This document shows, piece by piece, positions 1 to 11,412 of a stretch of 64,000 bases of DNA. How positions within the stretch are numbered: position 1 is the first letter of the stretch; every line of letters starts with the position of its first letter. The translations under genes and the position numbers were made by a program. Source of the stretch: Candidatus Poribacteria bacterium (GTDB lineage Bacteria; Poribacteria; WGA-4E; WGA-3G); NCBI GenBank assembly GCA_965214095.1, contig OZ243938.1, positions 1,440,001 to 1,504,000 of the forward strand, given 5' to 3'. The notes beneath the pieces are model-generated. The model did no database searches. It saw nothing but the letters and a program-made list of their open reading frames with translations, and was not told the DNA's origin.

Positions 1-1220
1 ACTATCTGTTTCCTGCTGTCCCAAGTCTTGGTGGCAAACTTTTTGATCTTCGTAGGATATTTACTGAACGTCCGTGGAGTGGCATCGGATGGAGTCCGAT
101 TGGGGTTTTCCCGTTTGGTGTTGGATTGTCATTCTTTATACCACTTGATCTTTCATTCTCGTGTTGGGCATTCTGGTTAATTTGGCGTGCGGAACGTTTG
201 TTAGGCACAATTGCCGGATGGCGTGGTCTGCCTCGTTTCCCTTATGAAGCAGAACAATCGCATGGAGCATATCTGGGGTTGTGTGTCCTTGCAATTTGGA
301 TGAGCAGAAGATATCTGAAGCAGATTTTATCTAACTTATTCACAAGAAGTCAATCTAAGGACAATATATCTACGCAAAGTGAGGAACCTATTTCATATCG
401 CTTGATATGCATTGCTTTACTTGCGGGAATTGTATTTATTGTTGCATTTTGTATTAAAATGGAAATGAGCCTCTGGGTTATCATCGTATACTTCGCAATC
501 TGGTTCGCAATCGCAATCGCTATCACAAGGCTTCGAGCAGAACTCGGTTCCCCTGTGCATGATTTACACTTCATCGGTCCTGATGAGATGTTACCAAGAC
601 TCATCGGCATTCGTCGGCTTGGTGCAGTTAACTTAACAGGTTTTTCATATCTCTATTTTCTTAACCGAGCACACCGTTCGCATGCAATGCCGCATCAACT
701 TGAAGGATTCAAACTGGCAGAAGGGGCAAATATACCGTTACGTCGTTTTGCAATACTAATGATGTTGGCATCAGTATTGGGAGCACTCGGTTCTTTTTGG
801 GCATATCTATCAATGTATTATGAAGAAGGCGGCGGACCAGGATTTGGAAGGGAATCCTTTGGCAGGTTGGAGTCATGGCTAACTTATGCAGCACCACCAG
901 ATGTACCAGCAATAGGTTTTGCCTCTTTTGGATTTATCGTAACACTCATTCTCGCTGCTATGCGGATGCGGTTTATCTGGTGGAATCTGCATCCAGTAGG
1001 ATATGCAATTTCTGGAAGTTGGGCAATCAATCCTATGATCGGTTCTATATTTGTTGGCTGGTTACTGAAGTGGCTTGTGCTAAAATACGGTGGTATCCGG
1101 CTGCATCGAAAGGCTATTCCATTCTTCCTTGGAATCGTGTTAGGTGAATTCATTATCGGTGCATTTTGGAGTCTCTTGGCAGTTGCACTTGATCAACCTA
1201 TGTACCGTTTTCTGTTTTAG
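1..1220 (+). CDS. Polytopic membrane protein, DUF6785/DUF6784-like putative transporter (5' truncated by the window edge)
   Basis: Frame is open from position 3; many hydrophobic segments; RLRAELG and WWNLHPVGY motifs resemble this family. Confidence 0.6.
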   Translation, partial: YLFPAVPSLGGKLFDLRRIFTERPWSGIGWSPIGVFPFGVGLSFFIPLDLSFSCWAFWLIWRAERLLGTIAGWRGLPRFPYEAEQSHGAYLGLCVLAIWMSRRYLKQILSNLFTRSQSKDNISTQSEEPISYRLICIALLAGIVFIVAFCIKMEMSLWVIIVYFAIWFAIAIAITRLRAELGSPVHDLHFIGPDEMLPRLIGIRRLGAVNLTGFSYLYFLNRAHRSHAMPHQLEGFKLAEGANIPLRRFAILMMLASVLGALGSFWAYLSMYYEEGGGPGFGRESFGRLESWLTYAAPPDVPAIGFASFGFIVTLILAAMRMRFIWWNLHPVGYAISGSWAINPMIGSIFVGWLLKWLVLKYGGIRLHRKAIPFFLGIVLGEFIIGAFWSLLAVALDQPMYRFLF

Positions 1221-1297
1221 TCTGCTATGTGGTTGATAAAGGGGGCAGTTCTTGGTAAAAAGGTATTGTTCCGAGCATAATCGATAGAACAACATAT

Positions 1298-2827
1298 ATG
1301 AGCAATCTTAAGCACATTTTTACATCAGGAAAAATATCCGATACAACGATATACATCGGATTCTTGATATTTGCCCTCTCACTTCCCTTTGATAATTTAA
1401 CCCTTTTCCTAAATATCGGAATGTCACTTGTTCTTATTGGGTGGATTGGACGAATCATCTATGAACGAAAACTCGGATGGCATCGCACGCCTCTGGATAT
1501 TCCTATTGTGCTTTTCTTAGCATTGACATTGGTTGCTTCACTATTGGCACCAAACCCGTCATTCAATGTTAGCATCGGTTATATTTGGAAACTACTTCGA
1601 GCAATCCTACTTTTCTATGCAGTGATTCACAGTCGTTTGGGAAACCGATGGAGACATGTTCTTATAGCGTTTTTTGTTTCCGCTGGCATCAGTTCAATGC
1701 TTGGTATTTGGTATTACACAAATGGCACAGGTTTGGCACACGCCTTAATGGGGCAAGTTGGATTAGAATATCAGAACGAACTCCCCACTGACGAAGGATT
1801 TTCAGATGGATTCCGTGCGGATTTGCGTCTTATCAATATACCACTATCGCAAACCGCATCCATAGAACAAACCAAGAAATCTGATGAATGGCAAATTGAT
1901 GACTCAGAGAGAAACAGACGTTACTTTGTTGAAAAGGGCGAAACGCACCTGAACGTTTATATGATTGAACAACGTCTCGCTGGCTCTTTCAAAGCACCGA
2001 ATTATCTTGGTGCATATCTCGCGCTCAGTCTTCCTTTTGTGTTAGGGTTTTTTGTAGCAAGTTGGCAGTCATTACGCAAACAGAAGTATGGAATATGGGT
2101 TGTCTTTGCGCTCGGTGCTATTGTTGTTATGATGGCTGTGAATTTGGCGTTAACACTCACGCGTGGTGCTTGGGTCGGTGTTGCAGTTGCAATATTATGC
2201 ATCGGTTTATATTTAGTTGTGGTTAGTCTTGCCAAAATGAAATCACTCGGTGGTGTTTTGAAGTTTATATTGATAGTAGTTATTTTACTATCAATGATAT
2301 TGGGTGCGTATGTATATTTAACACCACAACATATCAAGACACGTCTCAACACCTTGGTTGAGCGACCTACAGGTTTTATGGGAGAACGTCCGCAGTGGTG
2401 GGGCATTTCCCTTGACCTCATAAAGAAGCATCCTATCATCGGAGTTGGTATGGGTCGGTTCCGTCATGAAGCACAATTAAACTCCTTTCCTGATGTGCAA
2501 GATATTCCCTTTCATGCCCATAATATCTATCTACATATCGCAGTTGAACAAGGAATACCTTCACTACTTCTGTTTTTGTGGATGATAGGTCTGTTTTGGA
2601 AACAGATTTGGGCAATCCGTTCTAATACGAATAGTGAAGGGGACTTTTGGTGTATGGGAACATTTATCGGAGGCAGCGGATTTCTCATTTCCACGCTTGT
2701 CTACGGAACAGCAGATTACATATTCCATCATCGAACACTCTTGCTTTTCTGGTTCATCATTGGCATAATATATTATATCCAAATATATAAGGACGAAATA
2801 GATGAAAAAAGACTTGAAACCGATTGA
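1298..2827 (+). CDS. O-antigen ligase (WaaL/Wzy_C) family membrane protein
   Basis: RLAGSFKAPNYLG, LTLTRGAW, HPIIGVGMG and HAHNIYLHIAVEQG motifs. Confidence 0.85.
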   Translation: MSNLKHIFTSGKISDTTIYIGFLIFALSLPFDNLTLFLNIGMSLVLIGWIGRIIYERKLGWHRTPLDIPIVLFLALTLVASLLAPNPSFNVSIGYIWKLLRAILLFYAVIHSRLGNRWRHVLIAFFVSAGISSMLGIWYYTNGTGLAHALMGQVGLEYQNELPTDEGFSDGFRADLRLINIPLSQTASIEQTKKSDEWQIDDSERNRRYFVEKGETHLNVYMIEQRLAGSFKAPNYLGAYLALSLPFVLGFFVASWQSLRKQKYGIWVVFALGAIVVMMAVNLALTLTRGAWVGVAVAILCIGLYLVVVSLAKMKSLGGVLKFILIVVILLSMILGAYVYLTPQHIKTRLNTLVERPTGFMGERPQWWGISLDLIKKHPIIGVGMGRFRHEAQLNSFPDVQDIPFHAHNIYLHIAVEQGIPSLLLFLWMIGLFWKQIWAIRSNTNSEGDFWCMGTFIGGSGFLISTLVYGTADYIFHHRTLLLFWFIIGIIYYIQIYKDEIDEKRLETD

Positions 2828-3749
2828 CATGTCTTCCGTGAAGACCTACCCACTTAAAGAACGTATCAACAAAGTTTCTGTTAACGATTTTGCTACACTC
2901 CCAGACTTAGAAGCGAATCTTACTCCGTTTTTGGCATCCCTTCCCAAAATACTCAAAGGACAAGATTTTACTGAACTTATTGATAAGATTGTTGCTGCAC
3001 ATCAACGTGAAAAGGCAGTGATCGTAATGATGGGTGGACATGTCATTAAGTGCGGTTTAACACCGCTATTGATCGCATTAGTTGAACGCGGACTCATTAC
3101 CGGTTTTGCATTCAATGGTGCAAGCAGCATACACGATTTTGAAATTGCCCTTATCGGTGAAACCTCTGAAGATGTTTCTGAATACCTAAAAACCGGTCAA
3201 TTCGGCATGTGGGAGGAAACAGGACGGTTCATGAATGAAGCGATCCAAAATGCAGCGAATACTGCCATCGGCATGGGTGAGGCATTAGGGAAAAAGTTGG
3301 TAGCGATGGACGCACCATATAACGATTACAGTCTCCTCGCGGCAGGTATTCAACACAACATTCCGATTACAGTGCATGTTGCGATTGGCACGGATATTAT
3401 ACATCAGCATCCATCAGCAAACGGTGCTGCTATTGGTGAAGCAAGTTTTACTGACTTTCGTCTGTTGACACAACTTGTTACGGAGTTAGAAGATGGTGGG
3501 GTCGTGCTTAACTTCGGTTCGGCTGTTATATTACCAGAGGTGTTTCTGAAAGCGTTGACGGTTGCTCGGAATTTAGGACATACGGTGTCTAACTTCACTG
3601 CTGCCGATTTTGATATGCTTCAGCAATATCGTGCTGTGGAGAACGTCGTCAAACGTCCGACTGAGATGGGTGGGAAAGGATATACGTTCACCGGACATCA
3701 TGAGTTGATGATACCGCTTTTGGTGCAATCTGTTCTTGCTCGGCTGTAG
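2802..3749 (+). CDS. Deoxyhypusine-synthase-like fold protein (GSU2086-like)
   Basis: GGHVIKCGL, IHDFEIA, GTDIIHQHP, GSAVILPEVFLKA and GHHELMIPL motifs. Confidence 0.65.
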   Translation: MKKDLKPIDMSSVKTYPLKERINKVSVNDFATLPDLEANLTPFLASLPKILKGQDFTELIDKIVAAHQREKAVIVMMGGHVIKCGLTPLLIALVERGLITGFAFNGASSIHDFEIALIGETSEDVSEYLKTGQFGMWEETGRFMNEAIQNAANTAIGMGEALGKKLVAMDAPYNDYSLLAAGIQHNIPITVHVAIGTDIIHQHPSANGAAIGEASFTDFRLLTQLVTELEDGGVVLNFGSAVILPEVFLKALTVARNLGHTVSNFTAADFDMLQQYRAVENVVKRPTEMGGKGYTFTGHHELMIPLLVQSVLARL

Positions 3750-3765
3750 ATGGAAACAAAGACAT

Positions 3766-3993
3766 CTACACAGAACGTTTTTTATCAAGCATATCCCGAA
3801 CAGACTTCAGACATTTCTTGTTTGAATCATCGCAACGATTTAATTTAGATTTCATCTCACCTAACATGTCACGAAGAGATTGTAAATGCGGCAACGATGG
3901 GGTTTTCAGATATTCACTTAAGAGTTCTTTTCTTGTAGCACTATCCATTTCATTTTCAGTGTCTACAATTTTACGATAATCAGAATATTCCAT
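3766..3993 (-). CDS. Small hypothetical protein
   Basis: 75-aa ORF with a GGAGGT RBS upstream. Confidence 0.6.
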   Translation of the reverse strand: MEYSDYRKIVDTENEMDSATRKELLSEYLKTPSLPHLQSLRDMLGEMKSKLNRCDDSNKKCLKSVRDMLDKKRSV

Positions 3994-4035
3994 ATTTTAT
4001 ACCTCCATTGATACCAAGTGTGGTGCAATTTATAC

Positions 4036-4563
4036 CTATATCTTTTCTGTTATTTTATCTCTTGGTAGTTCACTATATGAAACAGCGATCGGTTCTGCTG
4101 TCTCCAAGCCAAGTGTGTTTTTTACGTGATTGTGTTCCTGATTAGCGTCTGCATCGGATTGTCCTTGATAAACTGTTTCTAATTCAACAAATTCCCCTAA
4201 ATCTTCAACAGTATCAAGATGGATTCTGGTATTTTGATACATCCAAAGCACTCGCTGTTTTTTTATGATTGTCTTGACACCTAAAGCAGCTGTCATAAGT
4301 TCTTTTAATACTGAGGATTCATCAACTTTACAAAGTTGATATACGCTGTAACGAGATTCCAACGTGTTCGGACGTTCATAATAGATTAGCCATCCTTCAT
4401 CGGACGTGTCCGTCTCGCGTAGTTTTAGCCTTCCTTTAGGATTGTGAAAATATGTGTCTACTTGATTTATAACTTCTTGTCGTTTTGCCTTCAGGTCTGC
4501 TAATTTCGGTAGAAGCAGATCAAGTGACCTATATCGCACTTTAAACTCTAAGTTTTTTGCCAT
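4036..4563 (-). CDS. cyaB: CYTH-domain protein (class IV adenylate cyclase-like)
   Basis: N-terminal ExK, QVDTYF, RLKLRE and HLDTVEDLGEFVELE motifs. Confidence 0.85.
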   Translation of the reverse strand: MAKNLEFKVRYRSLDLLLPKLADLKAKRQEVINQVDTYFHNPKGRLKLRETDTSDEGWLIYYERPNTLESRYSVYQLCKVDESSVLKELMTAALGVKTIIKKQRVLWMYQNTRIHLDTVEDLGEFVELETVYQGQSDADANQEHNHVKNTLGLETAEPIAVSYSELPRDKITEKI

Positions 4564-4592
4564 TATTTATTGCGAAGTATTGATCAACAATT

Positions 4593-5249
4593 CTAATTTG
4601 GATCATATTCACTATTTGGATTATAATCACTCAGGTAATCCTCAGACACATCATCAAAATCCATAATATCGGCTTCAGTTTGATAACTATTTACACAAGA
4701 GCGGTTACATTTTTCGTCTTGTGCTTGTAATGAACAAACACGATGTCCCATCCTTAGAGAACTCTGCAGACAGGTTCGGAGTTGTTCTGTATCAAAATTG
4801 CGTCCAACTAAGTAACTATAACTCCCCAATCGCATCATCTCACGCGCTCTGCCATCATTCGGAACAATGGAGATAACTCTTGTACCAGGTTGATACCTTC
4901 TAACATAGGAAAAGATGGTAGAACGTCTGTAACGTGTATAATCCACAATAATCAGTTCATATTTTTGCAGTTTGAGCATACCGACAGCTCTTGAACTTCC
5001 TTCTGCTACATCACACCGATAATTGTCAGATTCAAGGACACCTCTAATTCTCTCTTGTAAATCATCATTATAAGTAATAATCAGAATTTGACCTTTTAAA
5101 TTTGATACTCCCTTCTTCTCCTGAATGTCAAGTGGGATAAGTGCCTGACGTACTTGCCACCGCAAACGTCCACGCGCCTGACGCACCTGTTGCTCAACTT
5201 TATCAAGCTTCTCTTCCATTTCTGGACGACGTTTTCTTGATCTACGCAT
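4593..5249 (-). CDS. Atypical receiver-domain protein
   Basis: Central REC-like segment (ILIITYNDD...YELIIVD) between a basic N-terminus and an acidic C-terminus. Confidence 0.55.
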   Translation of the reverse strand: MRRSRKRRPEMEEKLDKVEQQVRQARGRLRWQVRQALIPLDIQEKKGVSNLKGQILIITYNDDLQERIRGVLESDNYRCDVAEGSSRAVGMLKLQKYELIIVDYTRYRRSTIFSYVRRYQPGTRVISIVPNDGRAREMMRLGSYSYLVGRNFDTEQLRTCLQSSLRMGHRVCSLQAQDEKCNRSCVNSYQTEADIMDFDDVSEDYLSDYNPNSEYDPN

Positions 5250-5606
5250 CTCTTTAATTTAACCTCATCAATGTGTGGACTACGTCTTTCATCAGAATAG
5301 GTGTTCTACAACAAATTCTACAAATGTACGTTATCCAACGATTTTAATAACGAAAGATTCTGCAAAAGAATTCAAAAATTATGAAAAAAGTTCGCTATCC
5401 TTTAGTACTTCTTATTACTTTAGACTGATGAAACCCGTTTTTTGTTGTAAAAAAATGTTAGGTGCTATAAAATAACAGCAATTCTTTGATTAACAACAGT
5501 GTAAATCTAACTTCATTGTCGGTTTCTATATCCATGTTACACATTATAGACTGATTTGTTCTAAAAAAGATAGAAAAAAATCATAATTTCGCTGTGTGAT
5601 GTAAAT

Positions 5607-5744
5607 TATAGTAAAAACCATAATTATTTACAGACTACGGTAGGTTCGGTTTCCTAACCGAACCGGTGTTTGTTCAATCTCATAGATGTGGTTAGGAAAC
5701 CGCATCTACCGGAGAGTGTGCACGTATTTTTGCAACTCACTATA
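5607..5744. mobile_element. MITE-like family M1 (TATAGT...CACTATA ends) carrying an inverted pair of GTAG REP-A hairpins
   Basis: Near-identical copies at 21434-21571 and 55438-55575, partial copy ~11755-11870. Confidence 0.8.
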
Positions 5745-5772
5745 ACTCGTGATTGTAAGTATAAAGGATACA

Positions 5773-6834
5773 ATGATGAGCAACACACTGTCAACCCTAA
5801 AAGTTCCGATTCCTGCTCATTTTGATGTTGATCGGGTAGGACATGTCTGGCGTATTCCATATCAACAACGATTAGATGAAGCACGGGCATGGACACAACG
5901 ACACAACATCCCTCCTGCATCTGAAGATACTCTCCGCACATGCTTGCTGCTTATTGATGTCCAAAACACCTTCTGTATTCCAGAATACGAACTATTCGTC
6001 GGTGGTAGATCTGGCAATGGTGCTGTGGAAGATAATGTGCGTTTGTGTCAATTCATCTATCGTAATTTGCCGCATATTACTAAAATCGCATGCACATTGG
6101 ATACACATACAGCGATGCAGATTTTTCACGAAATCTTTTGGATCAATGATGCAGGTGAACATCCTATACCATTACAAACCCTTATCACACAGGAAGATAT
6201 TGAGACTGCCAAATGGCGCGTCAATCCAGCAGTTGTTGACAGTCTGAGTGGAAATGCAAAACAATATACGTGGCTTCAAAAATTCGGAGAACATTATGTC
6301 AAGACATTGACTGCTGATGGAAAGTATCCGCTAACGATATGGCCCTACCATGCTATGCTTGGTGGAATCGGACATGCGGTTGTTTCTGCTGTGGATGAAG
6401 CGTGTTTTTTTCATGCGATTGCGCGTAACAGTCAGACACATTATGAACTCAAAGGACGCAATCCTTTAACTGAGAACTACTCTGTGCTGCGTCCAGAAGT
6501 GCTTGATAATGCAGAAGGAAAACCGATTGCTCAAAAGAATACTAACTTCTTGAAAACGCTTTTATCTTACGATCGCGTGATTATTGCTGGACAGGCAAAA
6601 AGCCACTGCGTTGCTTGGACGGTGAGCGACCTTCTCACAGAAATACAACAGACAGATGCCTCGCTTGCTAAAAAAATATATCTGATGGAAGATCTGACAT
6701 CATCGGTTGTTGTCCCCGGTGTTGTAGACTATACGGAATCAGCAGATGTTGCTTTTGCAGAATTTGCTGATGCAGGTATGCACATTGTACAGTCAACTGA
6801 ACCGGTTGAAAATTGGGAATTATCGGAGAAATAA
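5773..6834 (+). CDS. Isochorismatase/nicotinamidase-like cysteine hydrolase
   Basis: LLLIDVQNTFC, TLDTH, WPYHA and AGQAKSHCV motifs; AAGGA RBS before ATG 5773. Confidence 0.85.
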   Translation: MMSNTLSTLKVPIPAHFDVDRVGHVWRIPYQQRLDEARAWTQRHNIPPASEDTLRTCLLLIDVQNTFCIPEYELFVGGRSGNGAVEDNVRLCQFIYRNLPHITKIACTLDTHTAMQIFHEIFWINDAGEHPIPLQTLITQEDIETAKWRVNPAVVDSLSGNAKQYTWLQKFGEHYVKTLTADGKYPLTIWPYHAMLGGIGHAVVSAVDEACFFHAIARNSQTHYELKGRNPLTENYSVLRPEVLDNAEGKPIAQKNTNFLKTLLSYDRVIIAGQAKSHCVAWTVSDLLTEIQQTDASLAKKIYLMEDLTSSVVVPGVVDYTESADVAFAEFADAGMHIVQSTEPVENWELSEK

Positions 6835-6836
6835 TT

Positions 6837-8540
6837 ATGTCATCTATAAAAACACTCACGTTTCAATCAACTGATGGGGAATTAGCCGTATCAACGATGC
6901 AGAATTGGCGTATCGTATATTCCGATGATGCCACTGCATCAGAAAGATATGCCGCAGAGGAATTCCAAAAATGGTTCAACCAAGCTACGCAGTTGCAGTT
7001 ACCACTCGGAACAGCAGACGAAAACACAGGGAACAATGATGGACAAATAACTATCACATCTTTAGATGAATTAGGCGATGAGGAAATACATATCACAGTT
7101 AATCAGAAACAGATCCTGGTCAGTGGCGGTGGAACACGAGGGGTGCTTTATGCCGTGTACCAGTTCCTTGAGGAATTGGTCGGCATTCGATTTCTCACCG
7201 CTGACCACACATATCTTCCCGATGCGTCCGATTTGAAAGTGCATTGCGGAAGTTATACTTATAACCCTCCTTTCTCCTTCCGATGGAGTTACTATCGTGA
7301 AAACTCCAATGTTCCAGAATTTGCAGCAAAACGTAAAGTCAATACAGTGACCGATGCTGAAAACCTTGGTGGGAAGACACCACAACAGCTCATCAACCAT
7401 TCATTCCATGTGCTTGTGCCTTATGGAACGTATGGTGAGGAGCATCCAGAATATTACGCATTAGTTGATGGAAAACGGGATACAAATACGCATGGGGGTG
7501 GACCGCAGTTGTGCGTCACCAATCCTGAAGTAATTGAGATAGCCGCTGAAACTGCAATTCAAAATCTCAATGACAATCCCAATGTAGCAAACATCAGTGT
7601 TAGTCAAGCAGATACCGCTGCATACTGCCGTTGCGACAAATGTGAGGAACTCAATGAAGCTGAGGGAACACCAATGGGGTCACAATTGACATTCGTTAAT
7701 GCAGTCGCGGAACGTATTGAAAGAGAACACCCCAACGTTAAAGTTGGAACACTGGCATATTGGTACACCCGTAAACCACCTAAGAACATCAAACCACGAG
7801 ATAATGTGCAGATACAACTTTGCAGTATAGAATGTTGCACACTCCATGCCATAGATAACCCAGCTTGCGAACAGAATCAAGCCTTCTGTACCGATACGAA
7901 TGAATGGGGTAAAATCTGTAACGATATCTGGATTTGGAATTACAACACCAACTTCCGTTCCTACGATTTGCCATTTCCTAACTTACGTAGTATTGGACCG
8001 AATGTCCGCTACTTTTTGCGGAACAACGCCAAAGGCGTTTTTATGCAGGCTAACGGTAATGGGTTAACTGGTGAGTTCTCCGATTTACGCAATTACATCA
8101 TCTCCCATCTTATCTGGAATCCACACCTTGACGATCAGGAAATCTTAAACGAATTTGTCCATCTCCATTACAAGTCAGCTGCACCTGTAATAATGAACTA
8201 TATCACTTTTATCCATGATAACGTTGAGGCGAGAAACTTACACCCCAGATGTTTCCCCTCACCAGAGGAAGTCGGTTTAGATGCAGAGAGTTCACAACGT
8301 GTGTTTGACTATTTTCAAGAAGCGTTATCACTTGCAGAAAATTCTGAAGTGAAAGCACACGTAGAAAAAGCGTCTATTCCTGCTTACAAAGCGATGTTGG
8401 TAGCAGGTGGTGATATTCAGCAGAAACGTCGCCGCACATTGATCGCTGAATATATCGCATTGTGCAAACGTTATGGCATGACACACGCAGCCGAAAGGCA
8501 AGCAGCTGAAACGTATTTTGAGGAATTGCACAAACAATAG
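6837..8540 (+). CDS. DUF4838 domain putative glycoside hydrolase with GH67/GH20-like N-terminal domain
   Basis: RGVLYAVYQFLE, HPEYYAL, QLCVTNP, CRCDKC and TLAYWYT motifs. Confidence 0.8.
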   Translation: MSSIKTLTFQSTDGELAVSTMQNWRIVYSDDATASERYAAEEFQKWFNQATQLQLPLGTADENTGNNDGQITITSLDELGDEEIHITVNQKQILVSGGGTRGVLYAVYQFLEELVGIRFLTADHTYLPDASDLKVHCGSYTYNPPFSFRWSYYRENSNVPEFAAKRKVNTVTDAENLGGKTPQQLINHSFHVLVPYGTYGEEHPEYYALVDGKRDTNTHGGGPQLCVTNPEVIEIAAETAIQNLNDNPNVANISVSQADTAAYCRCDKCEELNEAEGTPMGSQLTFVNAVAERIEREHPNVKVGTLAYWYTRKPPKNIKPRDNVQIQLCSIECCTLHAIDNPACEQNQAFCTDTNEWGKICNDIWIWNYNTNFRSYDLPFPNLRSIGPNVRYFLRNNAKGVFMQANGNGLTGEFSDLRNYIISHLIWNPHLDDQEILNEFVHLHYKSAAPVIMNYITFIHDNVEARNLHPRCFPSPEEVGLDAESSQRVFDYFQEALSLAENSEVKAHVEKASIPAYKAMLVAGGDIQQKRRRTLIAEYIALCKRYGMTHAAERQAAETYFEELHKQ

Positions 8541-8614
8541 AAGTCAGGTGTCTACTTTTCCCTATCAAGATTTGGAGTGGGTATTATCTTGCTTACTGTC
8601 AGGAGAATTAACAG

Positions 8615-11395
8615 ATGTTTGATTTCCGATCTCCACTCTTCTTAATTCTACTTGCTGCAATACCAATTCTACTCTATATTCAGTTACGCACAAGCGTTAT
8701 CACAGCGAAGTGGCGAAAACGCACTACATTCTTCCTAAGAGCTGCTGCACTACTATGCATTATCCTTGCCTTAGCAAATCTTCAGCGAACTGATCGCGAA
8801 CAACGTCTTGCAGTAGCATTCCTGATTGATACATCTGACAGCATTGACCCATCCCAACAAGAAATCACCATCAACCAGATAAATTCCGCTATAACAGAGT
8901 TGAAACCGACTGACCAATTTGCAGTAATCAGTTATGCTAAAGAACCATCCATTGTAATTGGAATGGGAGCAGTAGATCAACAGATATCACTCACATCAAG
9001 TCTCCTGGAATCGTCTGCTGATACGGATGGCACTGATATTCTCACCGTTCTCAAACGTTCACTTGAACTGTTGCCGGACAATTATCACCGTCGGATTGTC
9101 CTATTTAGCGATGGGATCAATAATGCCGGTAATACCTCTATCAAAGATTACTTGCCGTTGTTTAAATCAAGTGACGTGGAAATAATGTCTGTTCCTCTAC
9201 AAACAGTTCACGATACAATCAGAGTTCAAGAACTTCAATTGCCAAACAAGGTTCGGAAAGGACAGCAATTCCCGATACAAGCAATCGTTGAAACGGAGGG
9301 TAGTATTCCGACTGTATCCGCAACACTATACCACAACGGTGTGCCATTTCCTGATACTGAATTCACATTGCAAAAAGGGAAAAATGTACTGTCTCTACCT
9401 TCTCAAACACTATTGGAAGATCGTCCACACACTTTTCACTTTAAATTGAACATCAGCGATGAGATACTTGAAAATAATCAAGCTTATGGTGTGGTACAGA
9501 TTCAGGACAAACCGAATGTTCTATATGTAGAAGGTGATTTAGAATATGCAGATAATCTAAAGAAGGTACTTGAAGAGAACGGTTTTGTGGTCAACGTTAT
9601 CCCTGCTGCTGAAATACCCACAGAATTGGTATTGCTTCAACAGAACGATGTTCTAATACTGAGCAATGTTTCTGTAGACGCACTTTCATCGGAACAAATG
9701 GATGTTATTGAAGATTATGTGCGTGACCTTGGACACGGGTTAGTGGCTATCGGCGGTGACCATGCATTCGGTGCTGGGGGTTGGACAGATACTGCATTAG
9801 AACGGGTTCTTCCTGCAGAAATGACACCGCGTGAACGTCAAGAGTCCGTAGCACTTGTGTTTGTCATTGATACATCGGGTAGCATGGCAAACTCCGTCGG
9901 TTCACAGCAAAAGATTGAACTTGCCATTGAGGCGATACGCGCAGGTATTCAGAATCTGGAAAATGAGGATCAGGCAGCAATTCTCGGTTTTGATGTCAAT
10001 CAACGAGATATTTCTCCACTCACATCAGACCATGACGCGTTGATACGTGCAGTGGGTAGATTAAAACCGACAGGTGGCACAACTGCGATGGATGCGGCAG
10101 TTGAAACAGCAGGAAAAATGCTCAAAACTGCTGAGGCAAAACTAAAACATATTATACTATTATCAGATGTAAAGTCAGCTGGAGATCCTACACAATTTAT
10201 GGAAACTGCTCAGGAGATTGTTGATGCACGGATCGGTATCACCGTCATTGGCATTGGGGATGCGGACAAACAGCTGCTACAGAAAATTGAGGATGATGGC
10301 ATAGGACAATCAGTGCATGTTAAGGATGTACGCGAATTGCCAGATGTGTTGATGGATGCTGTCCGAGAAACGCAGAGTTATATTGTTCAGGAACCGTTTG
10401 TACCAAGTATCCTTAACCAAAATGTTCCAATATTAAAAGGTATTACAAGTTTACCGCTACTGAAAGGTTACGTTGCGACAGCAGAGAAAACCGCTGCACA
10501 AGTCATTGTCAAATCACATAAAGATGAACCTGTGCTTGCAGTTTGGAACTACGGATTAGGGAAATCGGTTGCATGGACATCAGATGTTAAACCCGCTTGG
10601 AGTGCGGATTGGATTAAATGGGAAAACTATGGCAAGTTTTGGGGACAAGTTGTCAATTGGACTTTGCCAACTGAAGACGCAGATGCTAACTTTGATCTGG
10701 TTGTTTCATCAACGAATGGCAGCGGGAATATAGTCATTGATACACAATATTCGTCTCCTGCAACTTTTGTGGTGCAGGTTGCGGGTCCGAATGGAACAAG
10801 TCAATCTGTCAAAATGGAACAGGAAAGTTCTACACGATACACTGGCACCTTTCAGATGAGCGACAGTGGATCTTATATTGTCACAGCAAAACGTGAGGAC
10901 GATGGAAGCAGACAGACAGAAACGATCTCGCTTTCCTATCCTGCAGAGTACGCGGGTTTTGATGTTAACTCAGCATTGCTCAAACAACTTGCTGAGGATA
11001 CGGGTGGTATCTATGAACCGACTGCTACACAGATCGTTGCACCTGCAGGAGTTCCTATTGAGCAACGCGTGTCACTATCAACCATGTTGTTGATTATTGC
11101 GGTAGTGCTGTTTGTATTAGAGATGATTCTCCGGCGTTTCAGCATAATGAGTGGTTATTTTTCTGAACTTCGTACACAATTACGCGGGCAATCTGAGTCT
11201 GTGATACCTGATACTCTAACACGACTTACACAGAAGAAAGGAGAAGTACCTTCAGTATCTGTTAGTGGTGTCTATTCAACGGTGGAAGATGCATCTATAC
11301 GGGAACGGACAACTTCAGAAACACCCCCTCAAGAACAAGTAGAGGGGACGGTGTCGCGTTTGTTGGCTGCGAAGAGAAGGTCGCAATCCATGTGA
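8615..11395 (+). CDS. Membrane protein with two VWA domains and a glutamine-amidotransferase-like domain
   Basis: Two MIDAS motifs (DTSDS, DTSGSM), BatA-like N-terminus, YGLGKSVAWTSD. Confidence 0.85.
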   Translation: MFDFRSPLFLILLAAIPILLYIQLRTSVITAKWRKRTTFFLRAAALLCIILALANLQRTDREQRLAVAFLIDTSDSIDPSQQEITINQINSAITELKPTDQFAVISYAKEPSIVIGMGAVDQQISLTSSLLESSADTDGTDILTVLKRSLELLPDNYHRRIVLFSDGINNAGNTSIKDYLPLFKSSDVEIMSVPLQTVHDTIRVQELQLPNKVRKGQQFPIQAIVETEGSIPTVSATLYHNGVPFPDTEFTLQKGKNVLSLPSQTLLEDRPHTFHFKLNISDEILENNQAYGVVQIQDKPNVLYVEGDLEYADNLKKVLEENGFVVNVIPAAEIPTELVLLQQNDVLILSNVSVDALSSEQMDVIEDYVRDLGHGLVAIGGDHAFGAGGWTDTALERVLPAEMTPRERQESVALVFVIDTSGSMANSVGSQQKIELAIEAIRAGIQNLENEDQAAILGFDVNQRDISPLTSDHDALIRAVGRLKPTGGTTAMDAAVETAGKMLKTAEAKLKHIILLSDVKSAGDPTQFMETAQEIVDARIGITVIGIGDADKQLLQKIEDDGIGQSVHVKDVRELPDVLMDAVRETQSYIVQEPFVPSILNQNVPILKGITSLPLLKGYVATAEKTAAQVIVKSHKDEPVLAVWNYGLGKSVAWTSDVKPAWSADWIKWENYGKFWGQVVNWTLPTEDADANFDLVVSSTNGSGNIVIDTQYSSPATFVVQVAGPNGTSQSVKMEQESSTRYTGTFQMSDSGSYIVTAKREDDGSRQTETISLSYPAEYAGFDVNSALLKQLAEDTGGIYEPTATQIVAPAGVPIEQRVSLSTMLLIIAVVLFVLEMILRRFSIMSGYFSELRTQLRGQSESVIPDTLTRLTQKKGEVPSVSVSGVYSTVEDASIRERTTSETPPQEQVEGTVSRLLAAKRRSQSM

Positions 11396-11412
11396 ATCAG
11401 GTAAAATATCTC